Below are positions 33,901 through 47,976 of a stretch of DNA of 64,000 nt, piece after piece. Below the pieces are notes generated by a model. It saw nothing but the letters and a program-made list of their open reading frames with translations. It did no database searches and was not told the origin of the DNA. Each line of letters opens with the position of its first letter. Positions within the stretch are counted from its first letter, which is position 1. This DNA comes from Macrostomum lignano (lineage: Eukaryota). The stretch is from contig NIVC01002477.1 in NCBI GenBank assembly GCA_002269645.1, positions 19,875-83,874 of the forward strand, in the 5' to 3' direction. A program made the translations under genes and the position numbers.

Positions 33901-35089
33901 ACGTACATGTATATCATCGTCAGCTGTCGGCGTATTCTAAAAATAGCCATTTGCCAGTGACGACCTTTGACATTAGCGATGTCGGGTACGTTGACAGACA
34001 TTGGAATGTTGCAGGGGTTAGTGTGACTAGTGGAAGAATAAGAACAAACGAAGGACTCCGAATAATGTGTCAATTTTATTGACCCTATTTTTTACGTTAA
34101 ATTCATTCCAGAGATCATTACATCGAACCGTTTTGGCGGTTAAATCTCGATTGTGTTTCTATAACCATTCTTAATTTTAATAATGTCCATCAGCTGCCGA
34201 ATCAATTCTTGGACCTTACTCGACTGAGAATTATTCATTACGAGTATTATTTAATTTAATTTTACACGTTCGTAAGTCACGGAACAACTCGTCTAAGTAG
34301 TTTAAGTCTAACGACGCTACACCTAAAAAATGTACAAATTTCACCTGAGGCAATTTTCATTGCTAAACGCAGTGAGAAAGAAGCTTTTAGTTAGCACTAA
34401 ACTGACCATACCTCATATTTTCAAGACTTCTGCATTGCAAATAAATCAAGTGTTACAATGTCTTTTTTAGCCAGTTATTACAAGTTATAAATACCATGCC
34501 TACTATGTACATGTATGTTCGTGAAGCTGTATCCTTCGAAGTTTTTTCAGTGTTGACTGTGTAGATAATTTATATCTGACCAACCTCATGTAGAAGGCCT
34601 GCTCAGCCAGTCGTTGCAGCAACTGCTCCGGCAGTCGTCTGCAAAACTTCAACTGTCGCATCAGCGTCCTGATACAGTCGACATCATCGCTTGTTCGATG
34701 CTGCGGCAGGCGCAGCACGGGCCCGATTGCGTACCTGGGCCAGCGGTACTCATCGCCGGAACTAAATCGATACTCGGCAGCGTCGAATTCCAGGTAGCCA
34801 TCGGATTCTGAGTAGAACCTGGCCAGACTTGGCTGCTGCTGCGCCGCTGTGGCGGCCGCTGTCGATAGGGGCGCGTGGACGCCGGCTTCGCGGGCGCACT
34901 GGGAGAAAGCCAGACTGACTCGGCAGAGCACCCGAACAACGGTGGCTTTGCGACGGAGCAGGCCCTGCAGCTGATGCCGGTGCTCTCGACTCGGTTGTTG
35001 ATCGTCAGGCTTCTGCTGCAACTGCGTCTGGTTTTGTGGCACTCCGGCTCGCTGCTGTTCAACATCACTTTGCTGCTTTTGTTGTTGTA
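30967..35089 (-). CDS. Cyclic nucleotide-binding domain protein (CNBD2-like); exons approx. 35089-34585, 33766-33464, 33271-32881, 32588-32142, 31089-30967(?)
   Basis: RTSDDVDCIRTLMRQLKFCRRLPE..L precedes a cNMP domain (VLREGHIGYSFYMIFSGGVVV..LRKGDAFGERALL..NRNATVTT). A second, degenerate cNMP domain follows (VWFLMSGSADC..VGRLVPGSAFG). Internal junction phases are consistent; the first and last exons are uncertain. Confidence 0.8.
31370..31731. mobile_element. MITE-like element with about 50-bp imperfect inverted repeats
   Basis: 31370-31420 (AATTCGGACAATCAAAACCGGACGCCGTAGACATTGAAGCCAGGCCACAGA) is inverted-complementary to 31681-31731. Confidence 0.6.
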
Positions 35090-35340
35090 CCTACAGTTTT
35101 AAAATATTGAAACGTAGAACGTAGCATGCCATATAAGCGTAGAGAAAATGAAGAATTCTGTGCTAATTAGCTATAAATTCCTGTCGCTTCTAATGAGATT
35201 CGAGTCGAAGTTTTTCTACTGCGCAATGTTTTTTTTAATTAGGTCAGTCTTTTTCTTGCCAAAATTCTTAGAAACTTCTCTACGTCTTAAGCCTCATAAG
35301 CTTTGTGTCGTACGTTGACCCAGCTAGTGGCGGCAATGCC

Positions 35341-35488
35341 GTGCAGCAATCAGACGTTCTATCGATGTCGCCGACAAACATGTACTTTTACATTCCATCC
35401 ATGGATAACAACGTCATACAAATTGAACGTCGGTGTAATGTAAAAGTACATATTATTCGGCGACGTCGGGAAAGTCGAATTGCTGTAC
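35341..35488. mobile_element. Short palindromic MITE-like element
   Basis: CGATGTCGCCGACAAACATGTACTTTTACATT (35363-35394) pairs with AATGTAAAAGTACATATTATTCGGCGACGTCG (35437-35468). Confidence 0.55.
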
Positions 35489-36009
35489 AGGAATGTGACA
35501 CCTTTTATGGCATTTGATCGATTAGGTTGGGTAGGTTGTGTTATGAAATCTATCCAGTACACCCTGTGTGAGCGTGTTATATAAGTGCATGCCTGTGAAG
35601 TACTTCTTCTTCTCGGGTTCTCAAAGATGTTCCTGAAAATCGAACCCGCTGCTCCTGAAGAAGCTAGATAGCACCGCAGTACTACCTATCGATTTGCCTG
35701 AAAATGAACCTAAAACGTTGCCGTTACTTGGTAGGGTTGCTGCCACCTTGGTGTGCGGACTCGACGCGTCGGCAGAGTTGTCTATCCGTCACCTGAAAGA
35801 AAATTAACAAAGTCGCTCGGAGCAAAGGCAAATCTGCAAATCTCGACAGTCGATCGTCTTAGTTGAATGCTGCTCGGACCTGAAAACCTGTAAAACCTGA
35901 AATGAGAGAGGAGAGCTCGGAGGCAGAGGCTTCACGAGTTAGCCGCAATGCTCCGCGAGACGACGCAGGCTACGAACACGGTCTGGAGAAAATGGCTCGC
36001 AGATGCTCC

Positions 36010-36019
36010 GTATTTATAG
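36010..36019 (-). promoter_or_regulatory. Candidate TATA box upstream of the CNBD gene
   Basis: TCTATAAATA on the minus strand, upstream of a GC-rich UTR-like segment and acceptor-like sites near 35790-35910. Confidence 0.35.
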
Positions 36020-36550
36020 ACGAGCGGACCCCCAAAAGTCACGTGAGTTTCATGCGGTGAGCGCGTGAAACTTCCTTATTTGGGCATTGAAATCATGCGA
36101 ACGACGCGTGATTCAAGGCCAACTTCCAAATAAGGCAATCCTGTCACGCATCAGTGGCGTGACTCAAGGTCAGTGGCCACGCACAGCATGCGTGCACAGT
36201 CACGTGCTTTTCTGTGCTAAAAATAGAACTTGGGCGGATGAGTCATCCTGTTTACTCCCTCTGGGCAGCCATTATACTCCGCGCAGGTGATGAGTCATCC
36301 TGCTACGCCTCTCAGCGCGAGTGGGAAGACATTGAGTGTGGCTGCCCACGCCTGCTCAGGCGATGAGTCATCGGGCAGTAAACACTTAGGCCCAGCACAG
36401 GGTATCTCTCTCACTAGATCAGGTGGACTGAGCCACTGTGCAGCGGATCACAGCGCCCTTAGGGAAAGCTAGTGAATGCTGCTGAATAGCCAGTTAGCAG
36501 CCAGTCACTACACCTGTCTACAGTATTTTCGCGCAATTGTATGCGCTCAG

Positions 36551-37076
36551 GGGGGTCTTTCTCGAAAGCAACTTACGATCGACCATAGACGTAAGTTGGG
36601 TAAGCTACACTTACGGGTTGCTCGAAGGGCTCGCAAGTTAGCTATGCGTAAGATTGATCGCAACTTTACGAGTTCGTAACTTTGCGCAAAAGACTGTTTC
36701 TCGAAACGTTCGTATGTCTATGGTCTTTCGTAAGATTGATCTTAACCCTACGACTGCTCGGTATCAGTCGTAAGACGCACTTAAGCACTAATCGCATAGT
36801 ACGTGAAGCTTTAGTCAAGCCAAGTTAAGTTGAACTTTATCGAAGGTGGGTCTTTCTCGAAAGCAACTTACGATAGACTAAGTAAAGATATTTGCAGATT
36901 TATGACCATAGACATGCAACTTTTCGTTTCAGATACGACTTACGAACAGCGTAAGCCACGCAAAGTCTAAGTGAGTTTTGAGAAAGCGTCTTACGAGCAA
37001 ACTTACGCTACACGTAAATTTCTTTCTTACGATCTACCTTACCATAGAACTTACGTGAGTTTCGAGAAACACCCCC
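36551..37076. mobile_element. PIF/Harbinger-type MITE
   Basis: 17-bp TIR GGGGGT(C/G)TTTCTCGAAA with one mismatch; 3-bp TSD CAG on both sides; many internal CTTACG/CGTAAG motifs. Confidence 0.8.
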
Positions 37077-38084
37077 CAGGAGTCAGCGGAACGGGCAGAA
37101 TTTTGACTTTTATTATGCTTCCACTTCGTATTTTCATACTGACGACTATATAATTTTAGAAAAGTGTTACTTCTGTACTCAAATCTCATTATCAATGCTC
37201 AAGGAGCATTAGAAGTAGACTTCTAAATGATGTCCAGCAGTTTTATAATGGTCTCAGTTTTCCTGAATGAATCATAGGCTAATGCGAGCGTAATAGTAAC
37301 ATTAAAGGATAGATCAAAATTTAGATCGCAATTTCACGCAAATAGTGAGGAAAATATTTTTGCAGCAAGTTAGCTACGTAGGAACAAAAAATTAAGATCC
37401 CATGAGTTCGACTTTTACTTACCGGATTTGTTAAAGTCTGAACAGTTTCAGCGTTATGAGACATTTTCTAAGTTCATAAGTGTATAACCTGATTCAATAT
37501 TGGAGCTGAGTTGTATTGAAAATTCCGACTAGAATCTTTTCTCCGATTTAGCCAGAAACCTTTCCTTTTCTTGGTCCTTAACTCGTCAAATTACTTCAGG
37601 CCGCGTTACAGGCATTGGTCGAGAGCGAGTTTTGAGCCAATAAAAGCAAATTTGCACACTCACGCATTAGCGCATATAACATTAATTATGTATTGTTTGC
37701 GCAAGCTAGCTGCACAAGTACATTCGCCCGAAATGACGCATTACATGTGTATAGACTTTGGGCACTGAAAAGACGAATTATTGTAGACAAACTTGTGTGA
37801 GCGGCAGAATGTTGGCTAACTTTACTCACAGAGCCAGGAGAGGAAGTTAGCTGGCTAAAAGCTCGCTTCCCTGAGAATATCTCTGTGTGCTTAGAAACCA
37901 CGCAGAACCCTGTGAATGTGATGTGTGCGCTTTTGGCGAATGTTTAATTAGATATAGTGATTCGTATTTTGGCTAACTATAAAACTACAGCCGTCCAAGT
38001 GACTGAAGAACCCTTCTTTGTGCAGTGGTTATTTCGCATATTGAAAGCTGATTTCGGGAATTCGGTTGACTCTCCTGAGTATCT

Positions 38085-38450
38085 TTTAAGCTCTCTCTTG
38101 AGTGTCTTTTAGGTGTGACTCTTTTAAGTGCCTTCGGTTGACGTTCTTGAGCGTCTTTTAAGGGATTCTTAAGCGTATTTTAGGGTGATTTTCTAAAGTG
38201 TCTCTCTAGAGTGTGGGATTTTGAGCGTCTTTTAAGTGGCTCTCGAGTGTCTTTCGGGTGACTCTCTTGAGCGTCTTTTAAGTGACTCTCGAGTGTCTTT
38301 CGGGTGACTCTCTTGAGTGTCTTTAGGGTGGCTCTCTTGAGTGTCTTTTAAGTGACTGTCTTGAGTGGCTTCTAAGTGACTCTCTTGATTCTTTTTTGAA
38401 AAGACTGTCTTGAGTGTCTTTCGGGTGAATTTTTTAGGACTGAGTGCCTT
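38085..38450. repeat. Degenerate about 20-24-bp array (CTCTTGAGTGTCTTTTAAGTGACT)
   Basis: Direct reading. Confidence 0.8.
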
Positions 38451-39819
38451 TTAGGTAACTATTTGACAGTTTAAATAACGACTATTAAATATAGGAGTTT
38501 TGGAGACTCTCGGACCGTAAGCTCCGTAAGCTTTTAAAGTGACAGCTCAAGTGTGTTGCAGAAGATTCTCACAGCACTTAAGTGCTTAGATTTTTCGGCT
38601 GTTAACACAATCGCGCAAATGAAATATGAAGGTATTTTATTTAATTGAGGTACAAAATGACAAATAAAACGCATTTTCTACATAACACAATAAGTTTTTA
38701 AGAAAAAGTGATTTCGACTTGCCGTCCTGATTAAGTCAGTGCAAAACGCATTGGATATACGCTGTATAACGACTTTATTCAATTACCAAAATGTCAATGA
38801 AAGTCGTAAAATTGTCTCTGTTAACTGTAAACGAGAAAAAGCTTTAAAAAGTTTTCATAAAGCTGTGCCTTTGATAAAAAAGTATCACTACTGTACGAGA
38901 GAGCGTATTGCCGGTTTAAGTGGGACGGGGCCAGGCCTTTAGAGACCGAAAAAGGTTTTCTTCTAAATGAGAAACTTCCGTTTTGGATTTCCGCGGCTTT
39001 CACTAAACACGAAAAAACGAGATAATATTGTCCAAATCTTCCGGTAACACTTGAAAAAATATTCATCACAAAAAATAAAACAAAAGTGCGTCAGATAAAA
39101 AACAGTAGAACAAAAGACACTGGCTACTGTATAGTCGAAATGTAAGAGCATAAAGACTAAAAAAGGGCAAGAGAGTTTAAAAAGTTTCATTGTTGTTTAA
39201 AACAAAGCAAAACCGATCGCCGAAATAAAACAATTGCACGGAAAAGAAATGGAATAGATAAATAAAAATGTAGTGAGAATATCTGACGCAGTATAGGTAT
39301 AAAATAGAAATATACACATTAAGTTCGACATCCGCATAAAAAGCAGTTCAATGCTAATAAATCCTACATATATATATCGAAAGGCACTGCTTACAAAAAC
39401 GCGGGGATCATGATATCGCTAGCTTGCAAAATTTTCTTAGTATAAAATTAAATGAATTAAAACATTCGAACATACATGCGCAACAGTCGGCCGAGTCGGC
39501 CGATCCGGCCGACCGATTTGGCAGTCAATCAAGGAAGTCGCAAAAATGCCCACCCGAAAAATACCAAAGTAGTATTACTAAGGAGCTGACGAGGCATTTT
39601 GACCTAATAAGACAGTCATAGTTACTCCTGCCGTTTACCCAAAGTTGTGTTAATTTTGCTTTAGGGTTTTTATTACATGTAAGTCGCATTTTTTGGCCAA
39701 AAACTACGTCGCATTTTTGTTAAAACTAAGTCGCATGGCCGACCGAATTTTGGAGGTTGCGCATGTATGCATTCGAATAACATGGCATACATTGTTTCTC
39801 TAATTGGTAATAAAATAGC

Positions 39820-40770
39820 ATGCCAATCTGCAAATGTACCTGAATGTGACATTCCACAATAGACTCAAATTGATGCTCAACAGCCAATCTGCAAAGGTAT
39901 CTGAATGTGACATTCCACCATGGACTCAACTTGATGCTCAACAGCCAATCTGCAAATGTATCTGAATGTGACATTCCACAATAGACTCAAATTGATGCTC
40001 AACAGCCAATCTGCAAATGTACCTGAATGTGACATTCCACCATGGACTCAACTTGATGCTCAACAGCCAATCTGCAAAGGTATCTGAATGTGACATTCCA
40101 CAATAGACTCAAATTGATGCTCAACAGCCAATCTGCAAATGTATCTGAATGTGACATTCCACCATGGACTCAACTTGATGCTCAACAGCCAATCTGCAAA
40201 TGTATCTGAATGTGACATTCCACCATGGACTCAACTTGATGCTCAACAGCCAATCTGCAAATATACCTGAATGTGACATTCCACAATAGACTCAAATTGA
40301 TGCTCAACAGCCAATCTGCAAATGTACCTGAATGTGACATTCCACCATGGACTCAACTTGATGCTCAACAGCCAATCTGCAAAGGTATCTGAATGTGACA
40401 TTCCACAATAGACTCAAATTGATGCTCAACAGCCAATCTGCAAATGTATCTGAATGTGACATTCCACCATGGACTCAACTTGATGCTCAACAGCCAATCT
40501 GCAAAGGTATCTGAATGTGACATTCCACAATAGACTCAAATTGATGCTCAACAGCCAATCTGCAAATGTACCTGAATGTGACATTCCACCATGGACTCAA
40601 CTTGATGCTCAACAGCCAATCTGCAAATGTACCTGAATGTGACATTCCACCATGGACTCAACTTGATGCTCAACAGCCAATCTGCAAATGTATCTGAATG
40701 TGACATTCCACCATGGACTCAACTTGATGCTCAACAGCCAATCTGCAAATGTATCTGAATGTGACATTCT
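39820..40770. repeat. 59-bp minisatellite with two alternating variants
   Basis: About 16 units; variant A is CCACAATAGACTCAAATT and variant B is CCACCATGGACTCAACTT. Confidence 0.95.
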
Positions 40771-40925
40771 ACAGAAACAACAAAAAAATGAATGTGTTTG
40801 TAAAATTAGATATTTTACCACAAACAATTTTTGCTACAAAATCCGTAGTTAGAATTTATGTAGTTAGAGTAAGCTTAAACAAAGGCGTATTTGTCTTCAA
40901 CAATATCATCATTGAGTCATCAATC

Positions 40926-42638
<1,713 letters not shown>

Positions 42639-44975
42639 TTTGCTAGCTCGTTAATATTCCCTTCTGAAAGCAAGTAAAATAAATAAAAAAATAATTTTTA
42701 AACTAGACTCCTGATCTCATATGTGTAGATATTGATACTGTATGAAATTATATACTCAAAAATGCAGAGTGCATACAATGGCTCTTAGCATAACACCCCA
42801 ATCAACATAGAAATATATGCTAATGGCATTGAAAATGATAAATTATATCTTATTAGCTAAGATTCAATTCATCTTATTCTGCAATTTTACTGCCAAAAAA
42901 TCTGTTTAAGTTATTGTCAAAAATATTGAAATATCATTAGACTCCATATAGAATAACATTTAACATCCTAAGTACAATGTTATAAGAGTAAACAAATACT
43001 TTCTACATTAAATAGATCATATTTTATATTATATTTCAAGGTATTATAAATTTTAGTATAAACTTACGCCAATAAATAATATCACTAGCCACTTAGCTAT
43101 GCTTTGAGTTCTTGGTCTTACAAAAAAGTATTTATATTTTTTTTCACAAACTTAATCTAATTCCTAAATAACATGAAAAATATCAAATAATAGAAAAATT
43201 ATATTTTAGTTAAAAGTAGTATACTTAAAATCACCAAAAAACTAATTCTAAAATTTATAGATATAATAGCCATAAAAATCTAGTATCTACTAAAAAAATA
43301 AAAAATTGTGTTTTTAGAAAAAATGTGCGTTTTGAAGAAATTCTGTTTTCAAAAGATCTGATCATAGTATATAATTATTTTTATAGTCACAAGTTATGCT
43401 CATATAAATAAGTTACACAAAATTACACAAATGCTTGAAATAAAACAATAAGTTTCAACCTGGCAAGCAGTAGCAAAATTTTTGAGTTTCCTACACTATT
43501 TTGGGAAATTTGGGGTAATTGATTAAAAATAAAAAATGATGCTATCAGCTATGGGAGTATAAGTAAATCTGAATGAAAGGGCAATCCATAACCAGGCATG
43601 TAGCCAGGATTTATATCAGGGCCTTATTATATTAAACAGTTAGTGATGGAAGCAAAATAAAAAAGTAGTAAAAATTGTCTGCCCTCCAGAGGGGAGCATG
43701 CCCCTGGTGTCCTCCCTCTTGGCTATGCTATGTACCTGCACTATAATATTAATAATAAATAATATATTATGCTTGTGTATAAAATTTATAATACATAATA
43801 TAATAATAGTAAGACATATTTTACATTTAAGAAAAAGAAGAAAAGGAGGTTGAGGCTTTCATCGACTTTGCTTCTCTTATATAGAACCTATATCAGCCCA
43901 GCGAATACAATCTATTCATAGAAAAAGCCGCAAAGAGTAAGCGATAATTAGTCATTGTTTAAATTTTTATTTTCACAAACAACGGTACGCACTCTATCAA
44001 AATTTCCTTCTTTAAATCATCTATCATATTTATTACTATCAAGCAACAAAAGAACCGTGCTATATTGGTTTTATTTTACTAATTTCAAACGTTTTTACAA
44101 GTAACAATTTAACCATCTAACCATTTACAAAGTAACCATTATTTTACGTCATATAGTTTCTTTTCAATGAAGGCGTGTTCGTTAACTGTGACGTTGCTAG
44201 TTTAAGTGGTCCCGAGAGGGGCCGTTGGACTATAGTTTCTCTTGCTATTTCTCATTTTAATTTCTCCAATAGTTTATTTTAACGTTTACTTGTAGTAGCG
44301 TGCAAATAATCTGTATCAATTGCTAATTCACTGTGTATTTGGTAGGCCTTGCGCTCGTCTGTGAATTTTGGCACGATCGATAATTTCAAGTTCTCTCGCC
44401 AGCCAATGAAGGCTCTCCGTGTTTGCGCCCCCCCCCCTTTTTGCGCTCTTTATTAGCAGCCCCTCCCTTCGGCCCTTCTCCTGCCTTCTGTCTGGTTTCG
44501 GGCTGCCTCGAGCCCCCCTTATCTCTCGCCACGGCTCCTCTGTCTGGGCCAGCCTGTTTACACTGCCTGCCACTGTCTGCCACGGCTAACGCCAATCTCA
44601 CCACTACGCATCTGCCTCTTCTGTGCTCATCGCCGTTACTCACCACGTTGCATCGCATTGCATCACTCGCCTGCCACTCGACTGCAATTTCTAACTCACC
44701 TTCAATTCAAAACCATTTGCAGCCGCCAGTGTCCCAAAGCGCAATAAGTTCTGTATTGACATTAACCAATTAGAATATTGATCTCAACAATAAATCAACT
44801 ACGGCAGTTCCCTGCCTTGTACGCCAAGTGCTCCGCTACACAATCCGCTTCTCAAGACTTGACTCGATTCATTTTGGGACTACAACTTACGACGACTCTC
44901 GTAAAACGGCCCTTCTAAGGGTCATAGCCCCTACGCCAAATAATCGTGACATAACTTTGGTACATGCAACTAAGG

Positions 44976-45322
44976 GGGGTTCACAAACTCGAATTTTCAC
45001 AACGTCGAAAGCACCTTCTTTCATAAGGTCGCAAATTTCACAACGTAGAAAACTCAAATAACAGCCACTTTCCAGAAGGTCTTTTACTAGAGTTTTCGAT
45101 GTTGTGAAATTTCGACCTTGTGAAGTTTCGACCGTGTGAAAGTGGCTGTTATTCAAGTTTTCTACGTTGTGAAATTTCGACATTGTGAAATTTCGACATG
45201 AAGTCTCTTGCTAAAGTTTTCGGTGTTGTGAAATTTCGAGTTTTTCGACTTTGTGAAGTTTCGACCTTGTAAAATAATTTACTTTTCGACATTGTGAAAT
45301 TTCGACCCTGTGAAAGCACCCC
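44976..45322. mobile_element. Foldback/Mutator-like MITE
   Basis: GGGG...CCCC ends, inverted arms built from 15-bp TTGTGAAATTTCGAC units, and flanking direct repeat CAACTAAGG (9 bp) at 44967-44975 and 45323-45331. Confidence 0.75.
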
Positions 45323-46636
45323 CAACTAAGGACTTCATCAGCGTAGTGAATTTGATTTATAGATGAAAAAATTGAGTAAAATAGTGCTATACCTACAAAT
45401 AATCGTTCGAATATTTTTCTGGAGGTCGGTTTCTTTTGGAAGTTGTCTGTCTTTTGAGCACTGATCATGCACATGCACGACATCTTATCTTTTGGACTTC
45501 CAATTCAAATTGCGGAATCTAAAACAGGTCGTCGAAAGGATGCTCACACGTGACACAACCCTCTTGTGAGCATCAATCATATATATTTATCACACGGATC
45601 TAGAAAAAATGCATGCATGTACATTTGATCCATCTTTTAACTATTACATACATAATGCATATAGATCATGTTTGCGCTAGCAAATTAGTACTCGCTCGCG
45701 CGCACCTTGCGCTGGCAGAACGTTTGACAGTAACATAGAGCTGCGCTTTATTTGATGTTGCTTCTCCAATTATGTTGAAAATATACAAGCAATATTCCTA
45801 CTAAGCAATAATCCTATCGTTGGACTATAGCTTAGAGTATAGTTTTGCGTGCACATGTAAATTTTTATTCGTTATTTTGACAGCCAAATAAATCGGTATC
45901 TGGTCTGATGCCTGCAGCTATTTCATATCTTGGCCGCAATCTTTTGTTAATGTACTTCTGCCAGACTTCGCTGGGTTCTCCGAGTTCCAGACCCGCCGTC
46001 GCATCGGTAAAAAGTAGCAATCGACACAATCCGCGTCTCACGCTAAATAAGCAGGCGACGCAACCATCAGATTGGTAGCAAAGACTGACGCAGTTGAAAA
46101 CTCCAGATTTACTACTTCTTCCAGTCTGAAAGTGGTAGTAGTCGCTGTGGCAGTATAGCTATTTTCGTTTGTTACAATTCGTGGAGTTTTTTCCCTTATG
46201 ATGTTGCCGAATCGAGTCAACTGGAGTGTAAACAAGCGAGAAAAACATTAGGTCATGCGGCTCATTAACTCCAGAGAATTGTAGCTCGTATATGCGGATG
46301 CGAATGTTTTACTGAGTATAAGGTTATTGTTAACACCACGCCGATAATTAAAACATCGAAATGAATTTTGTATTTATATATGGTATCGTTCTTAAAATAC
46401 TTCTAAGTGTTTTTTGCCTAAAAAGTTTTGCAAAATCGGAGCCAAATGAGAGATTATAGCTATAGAGCCCAGCATTTTTGAAGTCCCAAAAACAGATCTT
46501 TAATTTACATACATGTACATTTTTGCGAATTTTTTTTAAACAGCGACCCCCAGCAGATTCTACAACACCCCAATTTTAACAGTCCCTATAACAATTAAAA
46601 TTCTTTAGAAAGTTGCCTACGACACTAACTATTCCA

Positions 46637-47134
46637 CTATCCGATTTGCGTTGCAGCTAGGTGATACAGAAATCTTCGCCTTTCGCGACACTCGCCGTCT
46701 ATCAGCCGCCAAAGTCGTTCCGGTCGAGGCGGCGTCTTTGTAAACTCTTCAATGGCAATGCATCGGGTCACATTGGCATTGCTGCTAGAGCTGAGTTCTG
46801 GAGCACCGGCTGTCGTGTTGGGAAGTAGAAGGGGTTGGTCAGTTGCGACAGTCCAATAGTTTCCACCATACATAAGATTGCTGGCGCCTAGCCAGAAAGC
46901 TTTGCTGGCGACTTCCATACCCAGGCCGGCTGTTCGTCTGGAAAGCAGCATCTCGATGACGGTTGAATCGGATAGAAGTGTAGCTCCGGGAGCAATTTCT
47001 ACGCACGATGAATGGGCCGAACAGAAATCTACCAGCTGATCCACTGCTGGAGAAGTGCAGACAGACAGGATCAGCGGCAGTGGTGTCTCCGCTGCGCGAT
47101 TCGACGAGCATTGTAAGTGTCTCGTAAGTACCAA
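46637..47134 (-). CDS. C-type lectin-like domain exon/ORF
   Basis: Pattern FC..C...GATLL....IE.LL...FWLGAS....YW...C(IAI)...W...C..RRRF matches a CTLD layout; gene boundaries unknown. Confidence 0.5.
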   Translation of the reverse strand: MVLTRHLQCSSNRAAETPLPLILSVCTSPAVDQLVDFCSAHSSCVEIAPGATLLSDSTVIEMLLSRRTAGLGMEVASKAFWLGASNLMYGGNYWTVATDQPLLLPNTTAGAPELSSSSNANVTRCIAIEEFTKTPPRPERLWRLIDGECRERRRFLYHLAATQIG

Positions 47135-47976
47135 GTATTCATGTTACACGGATGTATGGTCTTACAGACTATAGACTATATAGACTATAATAGACTATAA
47201 AATCACGAACCAAAGTTATACCAGTTATACCGCTTACAATCTGTTGGCGGGCTGCATGGTTGCCATGAGTGAGCCATAATTTTTGTAATAGTCGCTAATA
47301 CTATAAGTTTTCGTGGAATCTGTGCATAATCTGTCGGAGACCATCAAAGTGACTTACCACAAGGACTTACCAAAATACATTTAGTATTCCAGATACTATA
47401 CACAGAAAAAAGTATAGTAGGATTCAATAAAATCATTGCTAGATTAAAATCCCACTGGTTAAGCAGAGTTTTTATAAGTTTTATATTGCAAGAAATTCAA
47501 TACCATATTCGGCTTCTCCAATGTGAACTGAACTATTTGGTTTCATCATCAGGCGTGACGCAGCATCCTAGTTTCCCAAAAATACAGCTGCAGCGGGATT
47601 CTTTTTTTGTCTGTCCGAATGCGTCTACAAAACAATGGTGAAATTAAATCCGATTTTTATATTCTCATTTAACGAAAATAAATGGCACGTGATGTTTGGT
47701 TGATTTTTTCGGCTTTACGAAAATCTGCTTTAAGGTGATGCGTAAAGACACCTTATTTTGCCTGTTTTACATTTACTTTCAACTCTATTACCTCGTACAT
47801 TTACAATAGACGTTTGTGTATTTTTTGATTAACTTAAAGTACCTGTCTTAAAACACTTTGAGTTTAAAAACTACTACTTTTACAGAACCATTCGAAAACA
47901 AGTTAATTACATTACACTGATGTACGTCTATAAACTACGTAGTATAATATTTAAATCAATCGACGAATGTTCAGCT

